The notes below the pieces were generated by a model that was not told the origin of the DNA, made no database searches, and was given only the letters and a program-made list of their open reading frames with translations. 64,000 nucleotides of DNA. It comes from the human T2T-CHM13v2.0 reference genome, Homo sapiens. Location of the stretch: the NCBI RefSeq assembly GCF_009914755.1, contig NC_060940.1; one strand, 5' to 3'. A program made the position numbers and the translations under genes. This document shows, piece after piece, positions 1 through 12,757 of the stretch (its first letter is position 1; each line of letters begins with the position of its first letter).

Positions 1-243
1 TTTTGGAGGCTGGGAAGGCCAAGATCAACGTGTTAACAGATTCAGTGTATGGGGAGGGTTTGATTCCTGGTTTGCAGATGGCTGCCTTCTTGTTCTATCC
101 TCGCATGGCAGAATGAGGGCTAGAGAGTGCTCAGGGATCTCTAACCTCATGGCCTAATTACCTCTTAAAGGCCTCACCTTTTTCATTAGGAATTCAATAT
201 ATGAACTATATGAACTTGGAGGCCACATACTCAGTTCATAACA
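1..243 (-). mobile_element. MaLR LTR fragment (MLT1/MST-like)
   Basis: GGAGGCTGGGAAGGCCAAGATCAA...CAGATTCAGTG...GGTTTGCAGATGGCTGCCTTCT...TCAGTTCATAACA resembles the reverse-strand MaLR LTR consensus; subfamily not determined. Confidence 0.75.
202..216 (-). promoter_or_regulatory. Perfect DR3 vitamin D response element (AGTTCA-tat-AGTTCA)
   Basis: TGAACT ata TGAACT on +; both half-sites match RGKTSA; about 12.5 kb upstream of NOD2 exon 1. Confidence 0.75.
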
Positions 244-647
244 GGCAGACAAGGTCCCATCGTCATGCGGGGGACACAGGAGTGGGCATCCTCCATTGCA
301 GCGCTGAAGCCAGATGGCGAGGAGGGTCACCACGAGGCACCAGGAGTGAGAAAGGGGAAATACTAGTAGTGTCTCAGAATCTGATGCCTCTCCTAGAATT
401 CAAAATCAGAGCACCTCTCCATCTTATTTGGACCCTTCAGTGGCCTCCCACCACATTCAGAGTAAATCCGAACTCTCTGCTGAGGCTTCCATGATCTGCC
501 GCTTACCGTTTGTCACTCGGTCCACTCCCAGTGTCACCTACCACACACCAGCCAACCCAGACTGCTCTCTGTTGCTCAAACGTGCCTTTGTTTTCGCAGT
601 TCCTTCAGCTGGAAATACCCTCCGCTTGGTTTTTCCATCTCTGGCTT

Positions 648-727
648 ATCTCATCTCATCTCATGTCATCTCATCTCATCTCATCTCATCTCATCTCATC
701 TCATCTCATCATCTCATCTCATCTCAT
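648..727. repeat. (CATCT)n pentanucleotide microsatellite
   Basis: About 15 slightly imperfect TCTCA units. Confidence 0.95.
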
Positions 728-1741
728 GAAGCAGCAGCTTCACTTTCGCTCCTCCATGCAGCCTTCTTCTGACCCCTCTGTCGAGATCTGTCCTTGTTTT
801 GCTTATTCGTATACTTGTGCAGTTCCTGTCTCAAATGCCACAATGGCAGGGACTTTGTCTGTATCATTATCTGTGTCTCTAGCACCCAGCACAGTGCCTG
901 CCACATAGTGGGTGCTCAGTAAGTCATTGTGTGCATGAATGAATGGCGGGGTGAATGCAGAGAAGTGGTCACCGAGGCTGTGGCTGCAGCTCAGCCCTGA
1001 CTCATTGTGTGATTCTGGGCAGGCCACCACCCTGTCTGATTTTTGGCTTCCCTAATTGCAACATGAAATTAAATGATGTCCTTTTACCACCAAAGCATTC
1101 TACATTGAGCAAACAATTGAGTACTAGAAGCTACCCCTCACTACCGCTCTGGATGCCTGACATGCTTGGAACTGCAACACTGGTACGCCTTCTTTGAGAA
1201 ATTCAACAAGAGTGTATCGGTCCCAGGTGTGCCTCTCAGCGCTGGTAGAGCAAACCACAACTGGCCAGGTGTTTTTCGCAGGTGACACAAAATTTGATCT
1301 TGTCAATCTTGTTTTTCTGCAGCTGGATGTGCCTGTATAGCTTTTTATTAAATTTCAAAGGTTCTTAATATTGCAGGACTTAAAAACTGGGGTTGCAGAC
1401 AGAATGCACTGTGGGGCACCGCTGTGGTTATATTGAGACATGGCAGGGTGGGGCTGGGTACAGGCCCATTTATTTCTACATTGCAGGCCGCGGGAGCTTC
1501 AGTCACCATTACTGAACTTCCTGGTCTTTGTCAACCTCAGGACTGTCAGAACTGCTGATTGTGTAAAGATTCATGGCTAAGATTAGGAGAAAATCCAACT
1601 TTTCTGATCAGGAGAACATACACCTCCCATTCTTGGGACATCTGTTTGGGCAAAGGTGCTGATGAGCAGTTTGGGTGGGGTTAAGGGCCATCAGGTCCAT
1701 TGTAAATCATTTTAAGGTATGTGCCTTGCACAGAGGACCTA

Positions 1742-2029
<288 letters not shown>

Positions 2030-2484
2030 CTAAAAATCCAGCCCTGGCTCTTCTGTTCCAACCCGGCACTTCTGACCATGCAGATGAAGTTGGCACTTGT
2101 GTCCACACATTGGAAAAGAAGAATGATATGGTCTTCTGTGAGTTAATTAATAATGGAGGAGTGAGAAACTGATTTTCAAAGACAACACCCTCAGCCAATG
2201 GAACATTTTATTTTGCTGAAGTGGGGTTTGTAAGCTTGGGGCTAGAATGGCAGGGTTTGAGAACAGAGGGGTGATTCTAGAAACAATAAGGCGGAAGGGA
2301 AGGAGAGAGAGGAGGCACAGCACGGGGTCTCAGGAGGAGGCTTAGGCAGGGGAGCTGGATTGTGTTTTCAGGTGTCTGATCTTCCTGCCCAATGTACTGA
2401 TGAGCTTGGAATTGGGTTAGGACCTGAGGTGGGGAAGTGACAGAATGCTGGGTCTGGTCTTGAGGTAGGAATGGGGCAACCTCA

Positions 2485-2988
<504 letters not shown>

Positions 2989-4494
2989 TCAGAGACTGGT
3001 GATACACAGGACGGACACATGGAACTTGGGCCAACAGTGTTGGACCGTCTCGGCTGATGGCCAACAGGAGAACAGGCAGGCTGATCTTTGCAGCTGAGAG
3101 GACTGGGAGAGCCCACAGGGACTGTGGGGTCTGGAGAGCTTCCTTGCAGGAGGTGGGCATGGAAGGTCCAGATAAAAGCAGGTAGAGAAGGACGTGGACT
3201 TGACTCATAGTCCCACCATTCCATAGCTGGGTCATCTTAGGAAATTCATGATCCTCTTGAAACCTCCGTTTCTTCCTGTCAAAGATGGGGATGAGGAATG
3301 GAACCTATTCCATAGAGGTGTTGTGAGAGTACACGGCGTGGCATATGGCAAGTGTTCAATAACATATTCACACTGTGGTGTGCTCACTGTTTACCAGGCA
3401 CCGAGTCCTAGTGTATGCATCCCTCATGACAAGATCTAAGTGGACTGTCATCCTCACTTAACTGTGAGGGAGACTGAGGTCAAGAGAAATGAAATGACTG
3501 GTCAAGAGCATACAGCCGCTAAGGAGCAGGGCTGGAATTCAAATCCAAGTTCGCTGGGGCCAGAGTCCTTGCAGTTGCCACCTGTTGCCTCTGCCTGGGG
3601 CACAGAGTGAGCAGAAGCTCACAGGTGGGAGTACTGAGAGCTGCGGGAAGTTGGTGAAGCTAGGGGTGCAGAGATGTGGGGAGGGAAAGCCATTCCTGTC
3701 TTCATCCATTTGGGCCAGCTTGTGGAAGTGTTTGGACTTTGGTGAGTGGGTGGGCTGCTTGGAGCAGAGGACCACCAGCGTGGAGACTGCAGCCCACTAT
3801 GAGGCCGGGTTACCACCACTGTCAGCAGCAGCAGCCGCCGTCGGTCCTGGGCTGAGCTCCTACTATCCAGGCCTGCTGATGGGGGCAGTCCTCGCTCCTG
3901 GGGGAAGTGCTCAGGCACAGGCAGCTTCCCGGCCTGGAAGAATTTTGAATGACACAATCCAAGGATTTCTCTCCTCTGAGGCCCGGGGGATTCTGGAAGC
4001 ATTTTCCCTCCGCCTCTTCTGAGCACTTCCTGCACGGTGCCCATGTCAGAGCACTCAAGGACAGAAATGTCTCCAGGGCATCCCAATTGCCTGTCTCGGC
4101 AGAGGGCCCTGCACACAGGGAGTTTTTAATCAATATCCCTTAACTCATTGGAAAGTTTTAAAAAATTATTATTAAACAAGTAAATTATGCTTATTAGGAA
4201 ATACAGGTTAACACAGAAGAATTTTAAAAGTCCAGTTAAAATCCGATCCTAACTTGTCTTTTAGATGTTTCAATGCATATATTCACACATATCTATTACA
4301 GAATTTTTGTATAAAGTATGAGGTAGTAGTCCAAATTCATTTCTTTTGCACGTGGATATCTAGTTTTCCCAGCACCATGTGTTAAAGAGATCATTTTTCC
4401 CCTTTGAATTATCTTGGCATCCTTGTTAAAAAACAACCTACTCTTTAAATTTAGCCTTATATTCTTTCTACACAAAGCATTTGGCAGCCCAACT

Positions 4495-5798
4495 GTTTTT
4501 CATTGAGATATAATTCACATACCATAAAACTCACCCTTTTAAGGTGTGTAATTCACTGGTTTTTAGTCCATTCACAAGGTTGTGTAACCATCACCATGAT
4601 CTAATTCCGGAATATTTTCATCATGCAAAAACAAAACAAAACAAAACAAAACAAAACAAAAACCAAACCTCATGCCCACTAGCAGTCACTCCTCATTCCT
4701 CCCTCCTCTCAGTTCCTGGCAACCAACAAATCTACTTTCTGTCTTCATGGGTTTGCCTATTCCGGACATTGCATGTAAACGGACTTATACAATAGATGTC
4801 ATTTTGTGACTGGCTTCTTTCACTTAGCATAATGTTTTCAAGGTTCATTTATGTTGTAGCATTTATCAGTACTTTGTTTTTTTCACAGCTGAATAATATT
4901 CCATTGCACAGATAGATCACATTTTCTTTATCCATTCATCAGCTGAGGGACATTTAGTTTGCTTCCACTTTTTCCTCTTATGAATAATGTTGCTATGAAC
5001 ATTTGTGTACAAGCATTTGTGTGCATATATGCTTCAATTCTGTTGAGTATACCTAGGAGTAGAATTGCTGGATCATATGGTAACTCCATGTTTAACTTTA
5101 TGAAGAACCCACAAACTATTTTCCACAGTGGCTTCACCACTTTACGCTCTAACCACCAATGTATGAGGCTTCCAGTTTCTCCACATTATTTCCAGCACTT
5201 GTTTTCTGTCCTTTGGACTAAGGGCACCTTTGTGAGTGTAAAGTGGTATCTTATGGTGGCTTTGATTCACATTTCCCTAACAATTAATGATGTTGAGCGT
5301 CTTTTCATGTGCTTGTTGGCTACTTACATACGTTCTCTGAACATTTTCAAATCCTTTGCTCATTTAAAAAGTTGTTTGTTATTGAGTTTCAGGAGTCCTT
5401 TATATATTCTGGATATGAGTCGTGACTATTTTCTCCCATTCCGTTGGTTGTCTTTTTACTTTCTTGATCATGTCTTTCAAAGCACAAAAGCTTGGAATTT
5501 TGATAAAGTCCAACTTATCTATTTTTTTCTTTGGTTGTTTGTGCTTTAGGTGTCAAATCTGAGAAATCATTGCTTCATCCAAGGTCACAAAGATTTTCAC
5601 CTATGTTTTCTTCTAAGATTTTTATATTTTAAATCTTGCATTTGGGACTTTGATCCATTTTGGGTTAATTTTTGTATAAGGCCTGAAGGAGGAATCCAAA
5701 TTCAGTTCTTTTGCATGTGGACATCTAGTTTTCCCAGCACCATTTGTTAAAAAGACCACTTTTTTCCCCCTGAATCATCTTGGCATCCTCGTTCAAAA
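4495..5798 (-). mobile_element. Old L1 (L1M-type) 3' fragment
   Basis: L1 3' end and ORF2-like minus-strand peptide (MVKPLWK...ELPYDPAILLLGI); internal (AAAAC)n at about 4626-4662. Confidence 0.85.
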
Positions 5799-6256
5799 AA
5801 CAGTCTACTTTATAAATTTAGCCTTATATATTCTAGGCAGCTTTCTATCTGATAAACATACTTATAGCATCTTTAAAAAATAAATATCTATTGAAATATG
5901 ACAAGCATAAAGGAAAATATAAATATCATGTGTTTAACTTGGTCAGTTTCACAATGTATTTGCATCAATGCAACCACTATTCAGAGTAAAAATAGGAGAT
6001 TACTGGCACCCCAGAAGTCCCCTTCACTCCTCCCCTAGTCACTACCTCCAACTTTCTCCCCAGTGGTAGCCTCTATCTTGGCTCCTACCTGTAATGCAGT
6101 TTTGCCTGCTTTTGAACTTTATAGAAAGGATACCATTCCGTATGCACGCTCTTGCACTCAGCCTGTTTCACCCAACATTATGTCTGTGAGGCTGCAGTTC
6201 TCGTGGGGGTACAGTGATTCATTTATTTTCATTGGTTATTAGAACCACAGCATTAT

Positions 6257-7090
6257 TTTTAGTATATTCACTCAACAAAGATTTATTGCATGCCAGGTCC
6301 TGTTCTAGGCCTTGGGAGAAGGCAAGGAACAAAGCAAAAATTCCCTGTTCCCCTTGGAGCTCATGCTGTCTTGGGTGAGAGACCAACAACAAAGACAATA
6401 AATAAGTAGAATACATAATGTGTTGTGTGCAGATAAGCGCTATGGAGAAAAATACAAAATAAAGCAGGAGAGAAGGGATTGGAGGGTGTTGCAGCTGTAC
6501 ACCAAATAGTTAGGGAAGGCCTTGCCGAGAAAGTCATATGGAAGCAAAGACCCAAAGGAGAGGAAGGAGGGAGCCATGTAGATTTCTAAAGAAAGAGCAT
6601 TCCAGGCACAGCAAAGGCAAAGGCCTGAGTGTAACTGCAGGTTTGGCATATTTGAGGAACAGCCAGGAGGCCAGTGTAGCTGGAGCAGAGTGAGTAAGAT
6701 GAGAGTGTAAGAGGTGGGCAGAGAGGGTGCCAGAGGCCAAACAGCAATTGTAAGGACCTTGGCTTTTACTTTGGGATGGGAGCCATCAACAGAAGAGTTT
6801 CAGCAGAGGAGTGATAGAATTTGACTTAAAACAGCAACAACGACAACAACAGCAAAACCAACAGACTCACTCTGGCTGCTGGATTGAAGAAGGGCTGTAG
6901 ATGGAGGTGTGGAGAATGGCCAGGAACTCCTGCTATCACCCAGGTGAGAGATGATGGAGATGTGGACCCAGGTGGTAATGGTGCATATGGCAAAAATGGG
7001 CTGCAGCTTGGAAATATTTGAAGGCCAAGCTGAAAAATTTGCTCCCAGATTGGATAGTGGGGCTGAGAGAAGATGGGTCGGGTTAAGTGT
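6257..7090. mobile_element. L2 fragment
   Basis: ATTCACTCAACAAAGATTTATTG...GAGGCCAGTGTAGCTGGAGCAGAGTGAG, typical of the L2 3' region. Confidence 0.7.
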
Positions 7091-7388
7091 TCTAGGTTCA
7101 GATGTTCTGTCAGTTTTCTTAATTAATTTTCTGTTACTGGGCATTAGGGAGGTTTCTAGCTTCTCACTGCTGTAGGCAAGATGGTGGTGAACATCCTTGT
7201 AGATGGTTCTGTGCGCTGCCCAGAATGAATTTTCTAGGGTAGATTCAGTCCTTCTAATGCAGCATTTTCCAACCTTGGCTGACTGTGCACCACCTGCACA
7301 GGTATTTACTTGAAAGCGGTATGGGGTAGTGGTTAGAGCATTCATCTGTGCCAGAGGCCTGGGGCAAATCCCCATCTCTGGTGCCAGA

Positions 7389-7656
7389 GGAAAGGGGGCA
7401 TCTCGAGGCTGGGGAGGCCCCTGGCAGGAGTGAGAAGTCCTGAGGAGCCCGGGCTTCAGGTCTCAGAGGGGGCCACTGTTTTTTGAGTACCTTCCTCTCT
7501 GTGGGACTCAGTTTCCCCATCTTCACCATGCCAGTGAGTGGGTGGGTGTAAGTGAGCGAGTCTGCCTGGAGGATCCTACTGCTGCTCTCTGCACCTCTTA
7601 GGGGAATCTCCTGCCTCCTCCTTCTCCCTTGGTGGGCGTGAGATCAAAGTTCAAAT
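7389..7656 (+). repeat. Local direct duplication, copy 1 (paralog at 9470-9688)
   Basis: Aligns by eye from GGAAAGGGGGCATCTCGAGG to AAGTTCAAAT; interrupts a MIR. Confidence 0.9.
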
Positions 7657-8156
7657 GTGTACCTCAGTTTCTGCATCTATAAGTTAGAGGCAATAATAGT
7701 CAATACCCTAGAGGTGGAAGTAACTGAGTTACTGTCTGTAAAGACTAGCACATGGTAAACACTTTCTAGATGCCAGTTATTTTCGTTATTTTTAAAAATT
7801 GACTTCACATTTTTTAAAACAACCAAATATGAGTTTCAAAAGGAACATTTACATTAACATGTTAAATGGAAAACCGGTGTCATTTGCTCCGGAGAACAGA
7901 AGAATGTAAAATAAAATATATTTAATGGAAACAAAAACAATGCTATTAAAGCTAATTAGATAGTTTCAGAGCCAAGTAATCTAGGCAGTGCTAGAAAGGT
8001 ACTCAAACCCTATTAGTACTAAACTGAGAAATAAACTCCATTCAACATAAACGGAAAAACTGAAAGGAAAATGAAAAAAAAGAACCTTAAATGACCAGTC
8101 CACTCTTACCTAACATGTAACCTGTCACACTCTGGAAAAGTTTTCCTAGTTTTGGC

Positions 8157-8946
8157 TGTGTGTGCGTGTGTGTGTGTGTGTGTGTGTTGGGAAGTGAGGC
8201 GTGTGTGTGTTGGGAAGCGATGTGTGTGTGTTGGGAAGCGATGTGTGTGTGTTGGGAAGTGGGGTGTGTGTATATTGGGAAGCATGTTTGTGTGTGTTGG
8301 GAAGCGGTGTGTGTGTTGGGAAGTGGTGTGTGTGGGGTGTGGTGTGTGTGTGTTGGGAAGTGGTGTGTGTGTGGGGTGTGTGTATGTGCACGTGTGTGTT
8401 GGGAAGCAGTGTGTGTGGGGTGTGTGTGTGTTGGGAAAGCAGGGTGTGTAGTGTGTGTTTGTGTTGGAAAGTGGTGTGTGTGTGGGGTGTGTGTGTGTGT
8501 GCACGTGTGTGTTGGGAAGCGGTGTGTGTGGGGTGTATGTGTTGGGAAAGCAGGGTGTGTGTGTGTTGGGAAGTGGTGTGTGTGTGAGTGTTGGGAAGCA
8601 GGGTGTGTGTGTTGGAAGTAGGGGGTGTATGTGTATCGGGAAGCATGTTTGTGGTGGGGGGAAGCAGGGCGTGTGTGTGTGTGTATGTGAGTGTTGGGAA
8701 GCAAGGTATGTGTGTTGGGGGAAGCGAGGGCTGTGTGTGTATTGGGAAGCATGTTTGTGTGTGGGGGGAAGCGAGGGCTGTGTGTGTGTATTGGGAAGCA
8801 TGTTTGCGTGTGGGGGGGAAGCAGGGCGTGTGTGTGTGTTGCGAAGCGGTGTGTGTGTGGTGTGTGTGTGTGCGCGTGTGTGCTGGGAAGCGGTGTGTGT
8901 GGTGTGTGGTGTGTGTGTGTGTGTATGTGTATGTGTTGGGAAGCGG
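8157..8946. repeat. Complex (TG)n-TTGGGAAG minisatellite upstream of the NOD2 CpG promoter
   Basis: About 25-27 GGGAAG-type cores separated by variable TG runs. Confidence 0.95.
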
Positions 8947-9029
8947 GTTGTTCCGAGGACTCCCCGATTCCCTCCTGGTTGAAACGTGGCCCAGAAAGAG
9001 AGGCACACTGGCTAGGGCACACAGCCAGG

Positions 9030-9420
9030 GCCGTCCAGCCCCGCAGGAAGCCCCGGTCCTGCCCTGTCCCAGGTAAGCCTGGCCAGCCCTGGAGCCGGCG
9101 CTGCGGGGCTGCGGGGCTGCGGGGCTGCGGGGCCACGGGACAGGAGCGGGTGCTGCGGTCCCGGCAGAGCAGGGGCGGGGTCCGGGCGGGGGCGGAGCCG
9201 AGCGCCCGCGCACCCGGAGCCGCAGCCCGAGCCGGAGCCGGAGCCGGGAGTCGTGGCCCGGAGTGGGCCTTGGAGTCGGCGCGCAGGCGGCTCGCGGTGA
9301 GTGCTGTGCCCAGCGCCTGGGGGTGGGCTGGGGGGAGACTGTGGGCGCCGAGGGTCCCACCCCCGGGACTTGAACACTTGGCTTCTGAGCCGTCCTGGCC
9401 GCAGGGCTTGGGCAAGGGTT
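9030..9420 (+). promoter_or_regulatory. NOD2: CpG island / upstream NOD2 promoter
   Basis: CpG-dense; GC boxes at about 9172-9196; four GGGG tracts at 9105-9132. Confidence 0.85.
9200..9296 (+). other. NOD2: NOD2 upstream non-coding first exon (5' end approximate); splicing to exon 2 gives the Met28-initiated 1013-aa form
   Basis: Strong donor GCG|GTGAGT at 9297 in the CpG island; no ATG in the exon; agrees with the known alternative first exon. Confidence 0.75.
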
Positions 9421-9469
9421 GCCTCGGTTTCTCCTGGGGGAGTCCCAGAATGTAGATGGGAAGTGAGAC

Positions 9470-9688
9470 GGAAAGGGGGCATCTCGAGGTTGGGGAGGCC
9501 CCTGGGCCACTCTTTTGATTTCCTTCCTCTCTGTGGGACTCAGTTTCCCCAGCTTCACCATGCCAGTGAGTGGGTGGGTATAAGTGAGAGAGTCTGCCTG
9601 GAGGATCCTGCTGCTGCTCTCTGTACCTCTTATGGGAATCTCCTGCCTCCTCCTTCTCCCTTGTTGGGTGTGAGATCTAAGTTCAAAT
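9470..9688 (+). repeat. Local direct duplication, copy 2 (paralog at 7389-7656)
   Basis: Same alignment; lacks a segment of about 46 bp present in copy 1. Confidence 0.9.
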
Positions 9689-10369
9689 CCATCCCTTCCC
9701 AGACAGCCCACACCAGGACCTGCGAGGCCACATCCCCCAGCTGTTTGCTCTCCTATGCTTCTCAGGTTGATGGAGCAGCCATCTGGTCCTGCTTTCATTC
9801 CAACAAACTGAAAAGCCCTCCACCCCAATCCCCCTGGGGAGGACCTCCTGAAGCTGCATGAGGGCTGGGGGCTGGACCCCTGCTTCTGAGTTTGCTCTTT
9901 CTGAGCCTCTCCTGCCATGGCCTTGGTTTCCCCATGGGCTGTGACCTAGCCTCCTCCAGGGTCCTTGTTCTACAGAGGGGAAACACCTGCCCTGTCACCC
10001 TCCCCTGACCCCTTAGTGAAAAAGACCAGAGTGACATCCCCACCACCTGTACTTGCCTGTCCCGATCACTCAGCCATGGGGCTGCTGGGGCCCCTGAGTT
10101 TGTTGGCTGCTCAAGGCCCCTTTGCCTCGCTGCACCCTGGGATCTGAGGCTGGAAGCATCCTCATCCAGCCCACCTCCCTCCTACCCAGTGCAGAGCCCC
10201 TCTGTGACACATGCCCAGTGGTGGGGAGCTTATTACTGATGAGGTGGCTTTTTAGTGCCTTGCAGCTCTTGTTTCCTTTAGCTAAAATCTGTGGCTTACA
10301 GATTCTACACCTTGGTTCCATGTCTGTCTCCCGGAGCCATGCAGAGCAAGTCAGTTCTTTCATTCTTTC

Positions 10370-11600
10370 CAGCAGTCATCATTCATGCACTGGATGAGAC
10401 ACGAGACAGAGCAGTAGGAAAATCAGACAAAACCCCCTGCCCTCATGGAGTGCACACTCTAGAAAGGAATGGACAGCAATGAAATAAGTAAATACATGGC
10501 GTAGCAGGTGGCGGGAAGTACTACGAGTAAAACAAAGCTGGGAAGCAGGATGGGGTGCTGGGGCTGGGTATTGCATTGTATATAGCACAACCAGGGAAGG
10601 CTTCCCCAAGACCACGATAGCTGGGCAAAGTCATAAGGAATTGAGGGGTGAGCCACATGAGTATCTGGGGGGCTGGGAGGCTTTGGTTTTCACTCTGAGC
10701 ATGATGGGAGCACGGGTTTGGAACAGAGGAGTCACCTGCTTTGACTTGGGGTCTGGCAGGCCCATCTAGCTGTGGGGTGGAGAATGGATCATGGGGGGGG
10801 TGGGGTAAGGGCAGAAGGAGAGCCCGTTGAGCGGATCATTGCTGTCATTCTCGGGAGAGACCATGGTGTCTTGCCCATGGCCCAGAGGTGGTTAAAAAAA
10901 AGAAAACCAGACATTCAGATTTGGGATATATTTCAAAGGCCGTGTCGATAGGGTTTGGGGTGCAAGAGAAAGGTAGAGTCAAAGATGATTCTGAGTGTTT
11001 GGCTCGAGCTTCTGGAGGTTTGAAGCTGCCATGAACTGAAATGGGAGTTGCTTAGCGGAGAGATCAAGAGTTTGGTTTTGTGCTTGTGGAGTTTGAGCTG
11101 CCCATTAGGCATCAATGATGAGTAAGCAGTTGGGAAAAGTTAAGGGCGGAGGTTGGAGTTGAAAATAAAACTTTGGGCATCATCACCATATAACTGGTAT
11201 TTAAAGCCACAAGAGCAGGTGGGCTCATCTAGGGATGGAGTGATATGGAGAAGAGAAGGGGTCTAACCATTGAGTGCTGGGGCCCCCAGTGTTAGGAACC
11301 AGCCAAGAAGACAGAAAGAGTGAAAATCAGAGAGTTGGGGTGTCCTGGAGGAAATGAAGAAAATGCCCCAAAGAGGAAGGAGGGAACAAATATGACCAAT
11401 GCCCCTGGCAGAGCAAGCAGGCTGAGGGCTGAGGATTGAGCAATGGGAGGTCACTGGTGACAGTTTCACTGGAGCTGGATGGGGAACTAGAGGGAATGGG
11501 AGGGGATGGGAGGACTTGGGGACAGCAGTACAGGCAACAGACGAGGGGGCCTGCTGTAAAGGGAGCAGATAAATGGGATTGGAGCCAAATGAAGAAGGGG
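10370..11600. mobile_element. Degenerate L2 fragments
   Basis: L2-like motifs such as CCCTGCCCTCATGGAG and GAGGTCACTGGTGACAGTTTCA; boundaries approximate. Confidence 0.55.
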
Positions 11601-12471
11601 AGTGTCAAGAGAGTGCTTTACTTTTACAATGGAGAATTAGAGTGCATTGTGCACTGGTGGGGGGATTTGATCTCTTAGGGAGAGAACAGTGTTAGGGAGG
11701 GAGAATGCAGGATAGCTGGGGGAGGGTGGGGGGCTTGGCCCCAGCAGAGACTCAGGACACTTGGGAAGTTGAGCTTCCCTGGGCTTCCCCTCCTCTCCTG
11801 TCTGCAAGGGGTCAGTGGGCTGAGATTTCAGCACTTAAGCAAAGCATTTGCTCTTGGCCCCAGAGAAACCGGGCTGGCTGTGGTCTCAGGAAGGAAGGAG
11901 GTGTCCAGGCTCAGGCCTGGGCCTGGGTTTCAGGGAGGGCCCACGTGGGTCGCCCCTTGACCCTCTCTTTCAGCAAGGAAGTGATCCTTTCTCTACATGG
12001 GCCTCACCTTGGGGAGGACAATGGTGTCTTTGAAGTTGTAGTAACTGAAGTAGAGATCAAAAGGCAATGCAGATAGACTGACAGATTTCGCCTGAAGAGG
12101 GGAAGCCCGACCAGGTAATAAAGGAGTAAGAGGAAGGATGTTAAGGACAATTTTAGGAAACAGATAATAAGTGAATATTTTTTCTCTCTCTTTCCCAATT
12201 TAAACTGAAGCAGGAGAAACTGAAGCTAGACATAATGATTAACTTCCCAAGCTGGTGAGCTTCCTGAGCTGGTTAGTGAGAACAGCACTAAGGCCAGGTT
12301 CTCCTCCCCAGATGTTTAAGATGAGACAGGACAATGCCTGCTCAGAGACAGGGCCTGGCTGAATTGGCCCTCAGGATTCTCTCTGCTCTGAGGTTTCTGG
12401 AAGAAGGCCAGGGCAGAGGTGTGGTGATGTAGCTGCTGGGAGGACAGAGCTCCGAGTCACGTGGCTTGGGC

Positions 12472-12481
12472 GGGCCTCCCC
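12472..12481 (-). promoter_or_regulatory. kB-like site, distal NOD2 exon-1 promoter
   Basis: GGGCCTCCCC (reverse complement GGGGAGGCCC) about 300 bp upstream of exon 1. Confidence 0.5.
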
Positions 12482-12746
12482 TTCCTGGTGTCCACAGAAG
12501 CCCAACGTCACTAGCTGGGGTGTGTATGGCTCACACGTAGGCCAGGCTGCCCTAGGCTTGGTGTGCAAGGGAGGGGCCCCTACTTACTTGTGGCCTGTCC
12601 CCTCGTGAATGTGTCTCATGTCCCCAGTGGGGTTTTTCAGTGAGGGTCATGGTCTCCAGGATGCACAAGGCTTTGTGCCAGAATTGCTTGGAATTGCCTA
12701 GTTCTGGAAGGCTGGTTGGCCAACTCTGGCCTCCGGCTTTTCCTTT

Positions 12747-12757
12747 GGGAATTTCCC
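12747..12757 (+). promoter_or_regulatory. NF-kB site, proximal NOD2 exon-1 promoter
   Basis: GGGAATTTCCC consensus; NOD2 is a known NF-kB target. Confidence 0.8.

Noticed and set aside
428-908. ORFs with ISSHL repeats
   Set aside because: Translation of the (CATCT)n microsatellite
4959-5549. 196-aa hydrophobic ORF
   Set aside because: Antisense reading of an old L1 fragment
8157-8946. CRISPR-like repeat/spacer appearance
   Set aside because: Human DNA; spacers are TG runs, not unique sequence; no cas genes
8087-9918. Long ORFs of 254-590 aa on both strands
   Set aside because: They arise from the stop-poor TG minisatellite and CpG island; low-complexity HT/CV peptides with no domain
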